DNA from: Blasia pusilla
Taxonomy: Eukaryota
Direction: 5' to 3'
Length of the DNA: 64,000 bases
NCBI GenBank assembly: GCA_050084515.1
Contig: CM114271.1
Span: forward strand, 42,408,001 to 42,472,000
In this document: positions 38,691-51,799 of the stretch, piece by piece
How the letters are laid out: each line of letters opens with the position of its first letter
Position numbering within the stretch: the stretch's first letter is position 1
Notes under the pieces: generated by a model
Database searches by the model: none
What the model saw: the letters and a program-made list of their open reading frames with translations, nothing else
What the model was told of the DNA's origin: nothing
Made by a program: the position numbers and the translations under genes

Positions 38691-38819
38691 TGGGATCACT
38701 TACGTAGATGATCTCATAAAATTTGGACCAAAGGCCAATATGGAAGAGACTTTATTCTTATTGGAGAGTGGTTTTTAAAAAATTTCAGCAGCTTTCCTTT
38801 TTGGAGTTTGCCTTATTAG

Positions 38820-41000
38820 GAATATGATCCTCGATTTAAATCTTAAAGTCCAACCTAGTAAATGTCGAGTATGGTCTCCTTCATGCCTTCCCTCAACATT
38901 CACTCCATCTACTCCTCATTTTCCCATCTACATTGAAGGGGTTAGAGTTCTTGGGGTCCCAATTGGTTTCATCGACCATGTCTCAAAGTTCTTGGATGAG
39001 GCCCTTTTGAAAGACGTGAAATAACTTCATTTGTTATCTCATCTATGGGATCCCCAAGTGGCTTATGGGATTCTCTCCCAATGTTTTCTACGACGTCCTT
39101 CCTACCTTCTTCGCACTTGTCCTCCCACTTCAAGGTTCTTACATCGTTTGACCTCTTTTGATGCTTCTATCTTGGCAACTTTTGGTCAACTTCTTAGCCC
39201 GAATACCTTTGAGAAAGAGGATGGTGTCTTTGCTTCACGACAAGCTATCTTGCCTATTTCTTTTGGAGGGGTGGGACTGTCCTCCACAGTCGCATCTGCT
39301 CCCGCAGCCTTTTTGGGGAGTTGGGCGTTGGTGGCACCAATTATGGCTTCAAGGTTTCTCCAAGGAGATACACATATCTTGATGGATCATATCGCCCATG
39401 TAGAGGAGGGGGACTTTTTATTTCAACAACAACTGAGATCTGTACGAGCTCTTCTTCCTCTTGCTACACAAGCAATTCTACCCCCTTTCAGTCAACTAAT
39501 TACGCAAGGGCTTGATCGACTTTGTCACATCTGAGTAGCCGATAGGCCGAGATCTATCGTGGATAGGGCGTAGGAGCCAGCGGACTATCTTGAGTGTAAC
39601 TTTGTCCCACAGTGTCGGATGAGGTTGAGGATAGGTCCATTGTGTCAGGAACGTCGTTTCTGAAAACATTCATGTTGAGGTCTTTTCCAGCCGGATGACT
39701 TGTTGATCAGGTCACCCGCCCTTGGTAACATGTGCGCGCAGGTTACCAAGGAAAGGGCTATTTTTAGGGGAAGAGACTTTTGGCTCTTCCCAACCTATAT
39801 AAGAGAGGAAGATGGCTTTCCTAAGCCATCTTTCTCATGTTGGGCCGTTGGAGCACCTCTCTTGTATGTGTGTGAGCTAGGACTAGGGTGCTAGCGTCCG
39901 GATTCCTTGATAGCACAGGGTGGACGAGGCTCGATATGCCGATGTAGATTGAGGAGTGGAGTTTGAGGCCGGGTTGTGTGATCTCCATGTATATGTATGA
40001 GTTGATTTTTGTACATGTGTGGATCGACCCGTGTGTGGGGAAGATCAGTGTTGTGTGGTGTAGATGTGACCAGCGATGTATGTTGTGTAGCGATATGTAT
40101 GCGCACGACAACTTCAAGAGCATATCTCCGAGAATTTACATCAAATCAACTTTCCCAGCATTCTCTCCAAGGCATCTTCTAACGCTAATCGAGCTCGTCT
40201 ACGTTCATGTGCGGGTAACGGAGCGGGGGCGTGGCTTACTGCAAATCCTCTTATTCTTCCATTTTGTCTTCCTCGAAGTATATTCTCGACAGCTTTGCGG
40301 ATACGTCTTGGACTTCCCCATCCTTCTCTCTTAGGAGTGCCCAATTGTGTATGCGGGAATCCCATTGATGCCAAGGATATCCATATTCTCCGATGTGCAC
40401 ATCGTGGAGAACGAACGACCACACATGATGTCATTAGAGAGGGGGTAGCATCGGTGGCTCGTACTGCAAGATACACCGTTGGGCAAGAGCACCTCCACGT
40501 CCTACGTTCAACCACACAAGCAACCTCTCATCGGAGAGTGGATCTTGTTATGTCTCGAGATGGATTCCGGACACTAGGTGATGTGGTGGTTGCTGATCCA
40601 ACACGTTCTGACTTGGTGTGTCGAGTCGCACCTACCAAAGGCTTGGTAGCCGAAGCTGCAGCAAGAATCCATGAGTTTAAGTTATGCTGTGAGACATGCG
40701 ACTGATGGATTTATTCCTTTTGCAGTGGAAGTATTTGGTTATTTACATGTGTCTTTTGATACTTTCTTGAAAACATGTGCTCACCACTCCCTCGAGAATC
40801 ATCACCTTGCCCTTTCCCGTAGTCCTTCTCTCTCGGTAGTTACTACTTATTTTCGGCAATGCATCTAAGTGGTCTTACAACGTGCACAAGCCTTGGCATT
40901 GATACGTCGTGCGGAGGTGGTGGAGGGTTGCTGGCCTCGTCGTCCATTCACGTATGACCAACCACTCGTGTTCTTGTCATATTTGTTTCAAGCTATCAAT
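38820..41000 (+). mobile_element. 5'-truncated CRE-clade (restriction-like endonuclease) non-LTR retrotransposon
   Basis: RT end (SKC..W, VLGVPIG); LPISFGGVGL; AFLGSW; GAGAWL; ALRIRLG; CVC...HILRC zinc motif; THD; VDL...GDVVV endonuclease core; FIPFAVEVFG; VLQRAQA. Confidence 0.85.
39523..40110 (+). mobile_element. Solo A-B unit of the DNMT family (588 bp) with 4-bp TSD ACTT
   Basis: ACTT-TGTCACATCT...GCGCACGACA-ACTT. Removing it and one ACTT restores the CRE reading frame LDRLQEH. Confidence 0.9.
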
Positions 41001-41381
41001 CGTGTAGCTCGTTGAATCGGTGTTTGCGTTGGCTTGTTGCCATTTTCTTTTTGCATTCTTGTATGCATTTTTTGACTCCTCTTTCGAGTTGTTATTACCT
41101 TTCTTTGTCCTCTTCTGAGGTTTATTTTATAATAAAGTGGATAAATGATTTGAAAGCTCAATTGATGAGAAACTTGGATATTAGTAAAATCATTAATTAA
41201 GTATAATTTTATAATTAAAAATATATTATCTTAGATTGCACGAGCATGTGCTAAGCTAGTATAAATCATTATTTGGAAATCTAAATAGAGTACTAGAAAA
41301 GGGAAAACATCCTAAAGAGGATAGAACTGAAACAAGACAAAAAATAACAAAAACAACCTCAATAAGCTACACAAAAACTAA

Positions 41382-41580
41382 TCTATATAATTAAATGAGG
41401 ATTGGTTAGAGGAAATCTCCTCGGGTGTTGACAATTGTATTTTTAGGGTCTTTCTATTGTTGACACATGTCTTCTTAACGTCTTTCTATTGTTTATCAGT
41501 GTCATTTTAAGGTAATTAAATTAAAGGAAAAATTTGTAGGCTGTAGCCCATGCATCGCACACGAAACATACTACAACTAG
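41382..41580 (+). mobile_element. Possible small non-autonomous Helitron
   Basis: A|TCTATATAATTAAA start, degenerate CCCATGCATCGCAC hairpin and CTAG end. Another hairpin plus CTAGT end lies at 41238-41260. Confidence 0.3.
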
Positions 41581-44239
41581 AAAAAAGATTAATAATTTGA
41601 GAAAAATTAAGATACAAATACCAATGGTCGATTATACATGGAGCTAGGATGGGTATTTTTTATTTAGGCATTCATTACATACTCTTCCTTATTCCATGAA
41701 GGCCAGGCCCAAATATGTTTCTTCCAATGATTTTTAAAAGGCAATGAAAGGACTTTAATTGAACAAGGCATAATTCAAATATGGAAAATTGTACATGAAA
41801 ATAATTGAAAATTCCTCTAATGATATTGAAAATAGATTAAAGAATTGACAAAAAAAAGAAGATAAGATTTCACATTCCAATACAATCTTATATGTATTGT
41901 GACAACACTACATTTTGATAGTAAAATAATAAGAATACATTAGTAGAATAATTCAATCATATGAATTGGAAAAAAATTCCTGTTATTAAGTGACTTAATT
42001 CAAGAAAAATTGAACACATGCAAGATAAATCCGAATTTTCATACTTTCACCCAAAAGAAACAAATAAAATCACATGAAGATCTTTTTAAAAATTTAACTA
42101 TCTACAAAGAAGTATGGTGAAAGACTTTCAACATATGGAAGTGAAACATGGAATACGCTCATGACTTTTAACCTAACAAGGGCTCCTCATACTATATATT
42201 GTCCATTTAAAAAATTCTTCCACATGTATATAAATAAATCTCATAATTTTTTTATTGAAGAGAAAAAATAAGAACTTCAAGAATGATGAAAAAGATGATG
42301 GCAACAACTTCTAACAAACCAACATTAAAATAAATTCGATGTGATAAGTGATTGATTGTTTGAAACAAATCAGACATGAACTTTAGTGCTTAACATGAGA
42401 ATATGAGTGGCATCTTAGTGGCTACCACCACTTCATAAGTTTAACGATTTATCATGCATGAAATTATTATATTGAGAATTTTTCATTTTAAAAAGGAAAT
42501 TTCAAAGCATGAAAAAAATTGTGTGAATCAATTTATGTAAGTAATAGCAACATAGTTGAATTGAAATAAGTTTAAAATTTGGAAAAAGAAACCCAATCAT
42601 GACCAATAATAGCAAAGAACATCAATATGTGAAATCTCACCCAGTAGTTTAAATAAAATAAAATAATTCCATTCAATCTTATTTTCAATCTCATATAACA
42701 ACCTCTATTGTTATTTTTCAGTTTCTATCATATTGAATTTCCATGGGAAGGGTTTGAATGACATACCTAGTTGAATTTTCATTCAATGCATAACACAAAT
42801 TTTGAGTCGTTAATTTATTTTCAATATTATTACCTTCTAGGATGGTATTCAAATGGATTATGGATTCTCTCACTCCTAAGATGTTACATGCCACACCTAG
42901 AATCATGGCTTGTATACCCCAAAGTTTGGGCTGGATTCTAAACGTGCTACCCGATTCCCCCTCCCATTTACTATTATTCCTTCTTCGATGGGTTAATAGA
43001 ATGTGAATTCTTATTTATCCGGAACGTGAGTCGGATGAATGGGAGGTTGGTCGCCTTATATTATATCAATTTGCATGTCCGTGGGACTTTGTGTTTGTGG
43101 ATCGCATGCAAAGTGAGTTGACGGCATTGGGTTGCGAGTCCGGGGCCTTCCTTTTGTGGAAGACGAAGAGGAGGAGCCTTTAGTTGAATTTGGCGGTTCC
43201 GATGCCAAAGTATCGAGATAGAGTCGATGAACTGGTCTGCAATGCGTGAGTCCGAGCTTGGAATAACCCTACCAGTGGGTCCGGAAACTCCATCCTTGTC
43301 TTCATTCGCGCGGCTGGAATCCAGGGCTGTGGATGCCAAAGTACGGTTTCGTTGTGGCAGGTTTCGTTCTTCTGTACTTCTTCTTTGCTGATGAACCAAA
43401 TGTATTCAATCCGTCTGCCTTGCAAGCACCCGCAGGGTCAAAAAAAAAGATCCCTATCTAGTTAATCAGGATCCTTATCACAAATGCATCCACTCTCGAC
43501 GGCCAAACTCATCCAAATTGCGTTGACCATGAGGATATTAGGGCACCTGAAAATTTTGTTTGTCTCTACGGGGACGTCCTGTCCTTGCTCTTTTTTAATG
43601 GACTCACGGGATGTTGGGTGAGGGTGCAGAATGTCGGGTGCGAGGGTGTAGGAAAGGTTGGCATTCCATTCACGTTCAGATAGTTTAAAAAATCGTATAA
43701 CTTTGAATTATCCGTTCTGAATATTTAACTAGATTGGAAAATTTTTATTGGCTAAAAAAATATGTGGATATCTCGAAAGGAAAAGAGACTTAAACTCAAA
43801 AGATATTCTCCAATAATAATATAATATAACTAACCCTACGACGTGTAGTTGTTTCCTTTGCCATGATGACATGTATCATACGTCCATCCATTGTAGTCCG
43901 TCCGTCCAAAAGTTTCATAAGTATTCGGGCCATGCGCAACACTAGACTGGAGCTCGCGTGCTCACGGTTCGGTGCCACCGAGATGTGGGCTTGGACGGAC
44001 CAAAGCTCTACAGTGGGCCAGCGAGAGGCCGAAATCGAGGAAGAGGTAGTGTGGATTCATTTGGCTCGAGGGGAAAGAAAAAAAAACTGGCTCCCCTCAC
44101 GTCCAAAGGCATGGAGCGAATCGGCATGAAGAGCACGAGTTTCATGCCGTTGCTCTGAGCTTAGGTGGGACCCCCCGCAAAGGCCTCCCTGCCACCAACT
44201 GCACAGCATCCAAGCGTTGGATCCAATGATAGGGGAGAT

Positions 44240-44437
44240 CCGGGTTACGAGTATTGCTAGCCGATTAAATTTGGGAATTTTCGATTAATTTAAAAGTTGC
44301 CTGCGAAAACCGGCTGGAGTTTGAGTAGGTCCTTTGTAGTTTGTATCTGACAACTGGTTCAAAATCCGGAATTACCGTTTCCGATTGGACATTCCCGGCG
44401 ATGGACCGCGTCCCGCGAAAAAACTCCCCAAACCCTG
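44240..44437 (-). mobile_element. Isolated hAT-family terminus
   Basis: Reverse complement CAGGGTTTGGGGAGTTTTTTC resembles CAGGGTCCGAGGAGTTTTTTC at 45357, with shared CGGTAA subterminal motifs. Confidence 0.5.
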
Positions 44438-45704
44438 GTTGGATCACCCTCTAGCAATCGAAAGCATCACAACTCCTGGTCACCGCGAATATATATGTTC
44501 CGTAATACGGAACCAGTATGCGGCACGCTGGTTTGAGTTTTTAAATTTAAGTATTAGGTTTATTTTGACTGCTAAGATTTATTTTCTAAGATTTTTGAAA
44601 GACATGACTATTTTGGAATAAGACCGCCACAAGAATAATGGTAGCATTACCACTAAAATGGAATCTATTTCATCGAAAAATTCATATCCAAATGTCAGAA
44701 TATATGCGTTCCAAGGAACCGCGTATTGTAAGGGCTGTAAACCACGCTATGATGCTAGAAGGGAAGATATAACAATTCATATTACCATTGATGGGAGGAT
44801 TGAATTTTCCAGATGTTTGATTTTGCTATGACACGTGTCTCGCGTGACCCATTTTAATCGTAAAAAATGATTTGAAAATGTCGACAGGCACTTTACTAAT
44901 TATAGGAAGATTACTCCGATGGGGCACCACATGTAAGACATGCCTTCTCGACACGAAAAGGAAGAGAAGGCCGTTCGATCCCGAGGACATTTAGTGAAGT
45001 TTCTTTTTTCTTTTCGGTGCTTAGGAGAGAGTGTTGTGCTTTGTTTTCCCATTCTATTCGCCATGGATCCATTGTCAACCATCCTAACGCACACGTGTAG
45101 ACACCTAAAAAAGAGAGAAATAAAATATATGTAGGAAGAGGATGGGAAACAAGAAATAAAAATACCTAGAAAAAGGGGGAAAGGTATGAAAATACGCGGG
45201 AGAGAAACAGCCGACGACGTCCATCGGTCTAGTCTAGTCACTTACAGTACTGTAATTTGCTTGGAAAGAGCGAAGTTCCCACTTCCATCCTAGGGTTCTC
45301 CATCACCCTTTTATTCAGTCTTTCTTCTTCGTCTTCCATCCACCCTCTCTCCCATCCAGGGTCCGAGGAGTTTTTTCCCCGGTACCAGCTACTTACCGTT
45401 TTTCCTAACTGGAATCGGATTTTCCCAGATTTTAATCGGTAATGGAAGATAGTTTTTAAAACAGGCGGTAGATTTCTGATATTTTAATTTTGTTACAGTC
45501 AATTTCTGAAAATAAAAAAATTTTAAGAGCACATTTCCTATTCTTTTGAAAGGCGCTAGCCAATTTCCGGCTCAATTTCAAAATAACCGGCATTGGGGAC
45601 ATAATCCGGGCATTGGGGGACATAACGCAACTTGGGCCACTCTTGGATAGCCACTCCTTATCTGGACAAACAAAGCTCACATCTAAGGGACCTAGAAGTC
45701 AGAC

Positions 45705-45809
45705 CTGATGACCAAGAAGCTCGTGTGTCCGGAGAGCAACACATTCAACAGCACCTTCATCAAAAAAGGTTACAAAGCCGAAACCCCTGTGTGACTGTTT
45801 TTTTGCATC
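45705..45809 (-). pseudogene. Single captured exon of an RRM (hnRNP/Musashi-like) RNA-binding protein
   Basis: TGCAG|GAT...CAG|GTCTGA; 35 codons DAKKQSHRGFGFVTFFDEGAVECVALRTHELLGHQ containing RNP1 (RGFGFVTF). Confidence 0.8.
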
Positions 45810-46285
45810 CTGCATGAGAGCACAAGCAAAAAGTAATGAATTTCTTCTTTGACATTGGCATACCACGAGTCTAAAGCACAACTTACAGATTTTAATCGGT
45901 AATGGAAGATAGTAATGGAAGATAGTAATGAATTTTTTTCCTCTGCATAACTTGAATGCTATAGAAACTTCACCAACCAAACATCCTAACTCTCCAAAGT
46001 CACCATCTCAACTTTCTTCCTTGGCAAGGTTTGAACCTGGCAAGCCTCCCACCACTTGGGAGCCAAGGATCATCCATTTGACATTTTTCTTAAGTCCCGG
46101 TACTCCTGTCTTCACTCCCCCTATATCCCACATTCACATCCTTGGCAGGAATTGAACCTGGCCAGGCTTCTTACCAATTGGGAACCAAGGATCCAACCCC
46201 TTCATAGTACATTAAAGGTTTTCACACAAAACCTTTAATGTACTAGAAAAGGGACCCTAACCTCTCATCCCTCCATCCCCACCTA

Positions 46286-48533
46286 CTAAACATTTGAAAT
46301 TGGTGTAGTTGGACAATCTTCTATACTTGGAGCCTCTATTGGAGTGTCCACATCATTCACGTATTTCTCAGGATTAGAATACACATATCTAAAGTGTGCA
46401 GAATTTTTCCAAAGCACTACCGATTCGACCAAAAGATCCTCATAGTCAACAATCTTCCCCTCCAATGCTATCCTTAGAACAGCATCTAAATGCTTAGTCA
46501 TTAATCTATTACGACACTTTGTCTTAATCATATTCTGCACAGAGAAAGCTCTCTCACAAATTGCAGTACTCACACATTGTACCCTAGCAATGTTAGCTAA
46601 TACAAGCAAATTTGAGAACTTATATTGCAAGGATGGACTCCAACTTACCATTGCCCACAGATCTCAAAAGTTCATGTCTTCCCATTCTGTCGTGGCCATG
46701 AGCTTAAATGACAGAAACTCTAGTTTTATTGCTGCTGGATTCACAACAGCTGGTTGCAATTGACCCCTCACAGGAGAATCTCTTCCAAAATGTGTACAAA
46801 GATCATCAACATCCTTGCAACCCCAACTATTCAACCCCACAAGCCTTGAGGGCATATGCAGAGGATTCAAAATCCTCATTGCACCTATCAAATTATTGTC
46901 CCTGAATCGATCTTGTAAGGCCGCACATACATTCTCAGCATAACTTTTCTGGAAAGTTAGAGCAACAAGTAAATCCTTTCCACTAGGATCCCTCAACATT
47001 TCAATACAATGATACTTTCTACCCCTGATCTCAGATTGCAATCGTTTTAAATAACCACCAGGGGGTCCAAAATCAGGTAAGAGATGGTAACCTGTTGCCT
47101 CCGAGAATGTAGAAGCATTCAAGTCATGACTCTCCATCACAAAGTTCATTGTAATAGAGGCAATTTCAGAATTCACAATACTACCAATGGTACTAACATC
47201 TACAAACTTGTACTGGAAAACCTTACTCAAGTTAGCAAGTATACATAAAATGTCTGCCAAAAAATACAACTAGTAGATCATTTGAAATGATCTCAACTTG
47301 TTGTACATATTAGCAACATTACCATCGTCTTCAGAACGGGGAATATCCCTGAAGTATGTAAGGACAGACTCCAATGAATCACACAAAGTAGTCACGGATT
47401 GCCATCGCGACAACCAACGAATTTTATGATATCTTTTCATGACCCTCTGAGAATCATTCAACTTCTCCTACAAAGCTGCAAGACCACACTTCCTCTTTGA
47501 AGACCTTCTAAAGTATCCAGCTATAGTATTCAAGATAGAATCTATTTCTATAGATACATCTTTGCACCCTACTCCTTTGGCTGTTGTCAAAGCAACTAAG
47601 TTAGTTCTATGCGCAACGTAATGCACAGATAGCAGAAAAGGATTCACCTTTTGCTTCAACTGAGAAGCTACTCCATTTTGACTACCTACCATAGTGGAGG
47701 CTCCATCTGATCCAAAAGCCACCATCTTAGAATTATCTAGTCCACAATCCTTGATCAACTCTATAAGATGGTTAGTAATTGAATTGGAACACTTCTCTGG
47801 ACATTGCAGCAATCCTAGATAAGAATTCTCCACTTGCCCCTCTTGTATGTATGTTGCAAATACTACAAGATGACCCGTTACTGAAATATCAGTAGATTCA
47901 TCAATCATGATCCCAAAAAAAGGGGATTGTTGCACTCTCAGAAGGGTTCTTCTATATAGCACTTCACTAATATAATAACACATTTCAGCACCACTCTTCT
48001 CATCCTGGTATAAATCTGGCATTCACAGAAAGAAGCAACTTACACAGATTCGGAAATTTGGCAAAAGCCATGGCTTCCTTCGCAATAAAATATGCGCACT
48101 TAAACAAAGTCAAAAAAGAAGTGTCACGGGTCCTATTAGTAGTGGCAATGGCCTTGACCATGGACTTGTTTCCTATATTTGCAGCCCAAGAAAGCTTCAC
48201 ATGTTCATTAGATTTACCATGATCTGTAAAGGCCGAAACCTTACAGTTTATGGCACCATCTCTTGCAAAGGAATTCTTGCCCTTCCCTTGTTTACAAACT
48301 TTGCAAAATATTTTACCGGATTCTACATGAAATTCTATCCAATCAAATAACGTGTACAATACATCCTTCCAAGCCAATCGATTCTTCTCGACTTGACTTC
48401 CGGAAGGAGCACTAGATTTGTCATTTTCCTGCCCATCCGATGATCCCGACTCGACCGACTTACTGCCCTCTGGAAAATCTTGGCTTACTTCTTTGTTTAA
48501 CATCTCGCTCATAGTTCGCTGTCTCTTAGCCAT
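46286..48533 (-). pseudogene. hAT transposase (ZNF862/DUF4371-like); one frameshift and several stops
   Basis: TTF-type finger FCKVCK...H..S..H; IMIDESTDIS; GSDGASTM; HYVAHRTNL; RWLSR; STAICERAFS dimerisation motif. Confidence 0.92.
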
Positions 48534-49129
48534 CTATGACAGAACAATAATGTCCAAGCAGATAGAGGTTGGAACTGACCTAGTGTAGTTTAGGTCAAGG
48601 AACTTTAAGACCTTTTTAAGTCACAAGTTCCCACCCTTACTCGAAAACAAAATTCTGTTTGCAATCACGAAAAGTAAATAATAACGAAAAGGAAAGAAGG
48701 GCATCAACTCAAATTCTAAAGCCTGTGAAAGAGCAAATCGAAAGCCTCGGAAATTGTGATAAGAAACCTGTCAAGTTCTAAATTCTGTCTAAACACATAG
48801 CATGCTAAAGGCGATCGTGAGTACTGTAATACTCTCGTTGAAATGGAGTATCCAAAGGCTTGACTAATGTGCAAAAATGTTGTGCAACCGGAAGTGGCTC
48901 AACAGAAAAATCAGAAGATTTCCGAGCAGACAGACAAATCGGATCCTTGACAGACTACGGAGCTGAATACAGATTTCTAGGAAGAGCAAATTTCATAGCG
49001 TTCGAGAGAGATCCGGACCTCAGGTGATGCGGCTACTCCACTGTTTCAATGCGGCGAGATTCGTCGTTGATACGCAACAGCATTGTAGCAGGCTAGTCAT
49101 GAAAGGAAAGAAAGCGTCAACAGAGTCAA

Positions 49130-50117
49130 CATAGCGAGACTTTGAGCGAGACACAGAGCGAGAGCTATAACCGCGCAGCCGCAGTGCCTCAAAATGAAAG
49201 TCGAGACTCAACTCGAGAGTCCCCCGTAGTGCCGCACTATCTTGCACAACAAGAGCAAGAGTCCGGACAGAGCGAGCTGGGAGAGTCCCCCGTAGTGCCG
49301 CACTATCTTGCACAACAAGACCAAGAGTCCGAACAGAGCGAGCTGCGAGAGTTGACGGTCGAAAGTCGAGAGAGTCACACGTTCTCAACTTCCCACTGTC
49401 TCACACCCGTGTCCCGTAGAGCCGCTGCTGCAGCACTGTCTACACAATGTGAGCAACAAAGAGACGAGATGAAGAGACGTTGCTGCCACACTGTTTCGCA
49501 CAATGTGAGAGCAACAAAGAAACGAGACAATGTCACGAAGCGACGAGACAAAGAGATGATAGTGGAGACTCGAGACGCGCGCGCTGAGAATCCTGAGAGG
49601 GAAATGGCATCCCTCAGCTTCACTGGACCCACTACCCACAGTAGTCATTCATTGACAAGTCCGAGCTGTAGAGCAAGAGTCGATAGTCGCAGCCACATAG
49701 CGAGACTCCAGACACAGAGCGAGAGCTATAGCCGCGCAGCCGTAGTGCCTCAAAATGAAAGTCGAGACTCAACTCGAGAGTCCCCCGTAGTGCCGCAATA
49801 TCTTGCACAACAAGACCAAGAGTCCGGACAGAGCGAGCTGCGAGAGTTGACGGTCGAAAGTGAGAGTCACACGAGATCAACTTCTCACTGTCTCACACAA
49901 GGGTCCCGTAGAGCCGCTGCTGCTGCACTGTCTCGCACAAAGTGAGATCAAGAAAGAAATGAGACGAAGCGACGAGACGAAGCGACGATGTCACAAAGAG
50001 ACGATGTCACGAAGCGACGAGACAATAGTAGAGAGTTCTAGAGACTCGAGACTCGAGCGCGGGCTGAGAATCCTGAGAGGGAAATAGCACCCCTCGGCTT
50101 CACTGGACCCACTACCC
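49130..50117. repeat. Two imperfect long direct repeats inside the hAT 5' region, with a nested 66-bp duplication
   Basis: 49130-49637 and 49696-50117 both start CATAGCGAGACT and end CTTCACTGGACCCACTACCC. Confidence 0.85.
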
Positions 50118-51038
50118 CCTTGGAGTCTCGGACCCTCCGGAGTCTGGAATCCGGATTCCGGATGTGCATCCGGACATCACTACCCCGCATCACTACCCCA
50201 CAGGCGGCTTGCCCTAGAGCGGACGCTTAAAATGCCCAGAAAGAATCTAACGGACGTCACGAAGTGGTCAGGGTCCATTCAAAAGCTGCCACCTTGCCCT
50301 CCCGTCTTCTCAGTTTGCCGACGCTCGGTTAGTACCCCGGTGATAACCCCGGAAAATGATAATCCGGCTCCGGAACGGACATTTCGAAAATTCAAAACAA
50401 CAAACACAGATAATAATGCAGCCAGCCACTTTCCGGAAGAAGGTAGGCGACCCTCGGAAATGCTGCCGGTAATTTCCAATTCGAGTCGGCCAGCTCTACT
50501 CGCAGCCCCGGTTCTCCCCGGACGTTGCTCCCGTCCTCTCCTGGTGCAGATTCGTGTTCCAGAAAGAGCGAAGTCCATCTGCATCGACGGTGGATGTGGG
50601 GCGCTGTGACGTTGGAGCGTTGGGTATCACTCGATCATGAGAGACGGAGGTCTGCACTGGGGAAATATTCCGAAGGTTCGAATGAATGAAGGGTCGGCAT
50701 GCGAAATATGTGGAACTTTAATGTGGACCCTCTGGGCCTCGCTTTAGCGTCAGCACGGTAAAGCGGTGATGACGGGTGAGGCCTCTCGGGAGGAAGATCA
50801 CGGTCAGCAGGTTTCGAGCTCCCCGGTTTTTCCCCACACTCCAAGAGTGTTTGACCGGTAATTTCTAAATATCAGCCGGCTTTTTTCAATTTTTACAAAG
50901 AAACTGTAGTTCCCGGTTCGGTTGTTTGTGGAGACTTTGCTGGTCAGATCGGTAATTTTTAAATTTTACTGGCTGACATTAGAAATAATGGCGGTTCTTG
51001 GCGCCTGTATATCACGGTCACCTTATTAGGAACTTAGG

Positions 51039-51241
51039 ATTGCCTTATCTCCATTTAGGGCGGCCTCCTTTATCGCCGGATCCCATGGGCATCTTGACTT
51101 TTAGCGGCCTTACCCAACAACTAGGAAAATAAGAAAGTATTGCCTCATCTCCGTTTAGGGCGGCCTCCTTTATCGCCGCGTCCCATGGGCATCTTGACTT
51201 TTAGCGGCCTTACCCAACAACTAGGAAAATAAGAAAATATT
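51039..51241. repeat. 100-bp tandem duplication
   Basis: Units start ATTGCC at 51039 and 51139 and are nearly identical. Confidence 0.93.
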
Positions 51242-51799
51242 TGAATATTTTTTTACTGCCGGCAGTGTAAAGAAAGGATCAATGATGTTGCACAAATTTT
51301 TTTAAAATTTGTTATAATAACATGTGAAATTTTTGTTCCTGTCAGATTGTCATATGTCAAACACACAGGAGTTTGCAAGTCAAGAAAGCATTCTTCGATA
51401 GTAATATAGATTCGAATAATTTTAGCTATCTTATCAAAATAATAAATCAATGTTGAAAACCTCATCGATTAGTATTCTCCACCAGTCATACTTTTAAGGG
51501 CTTTAGTTCATTTTGGGACCAGCTCATCAATTTTTTTTCCTTTGATTTTATTTTATACTAAGCAGAAAACAATGTTTTAATAATTATGTTATTTACGGCC
51601 CCAGTTTTGTTTAGAGGCTGTGCTAGAACAAAATCTTTTCCGACAATATAATCTTCCATCATTATTTCTCCATATTGTGATTGGAGAAATACTATAGGAA
51701 GAGTAACTTCTCACAAGAAGGTTAGACTTTCAACGTATCAGCTGTCACTCTCTATTGGTTGTAATTATGTGTCACAATTGGGTGGGTTCGAATTGACTA

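Larger units (their letters stand above)
45357..51007 (-). mobile_element. hAT DNA transposon
   Basis: Transposase inside; imperfect CAGG...CCTG termini with repeated (C)CGGTAA subterminal motifs at both ends. No 8-bp TSD recognised, so boundaries are tentative. Confidence 0.65.

Noticed and set aside
43061-43425. Possible coding fragment
   Set aside because: GC-richer island with short ORFs, but no motif I can support.
49142-49945. 267-aa ORF
   Set aside because: It is made of the internal direct repeats of the hAT element, runs antisense to the transposase and has no recognisable domain.
49130-51241. CRISPR-like array
   Set aside because: The repeats are long tandem duplications without unique spacers, and the context is eukaryotic.
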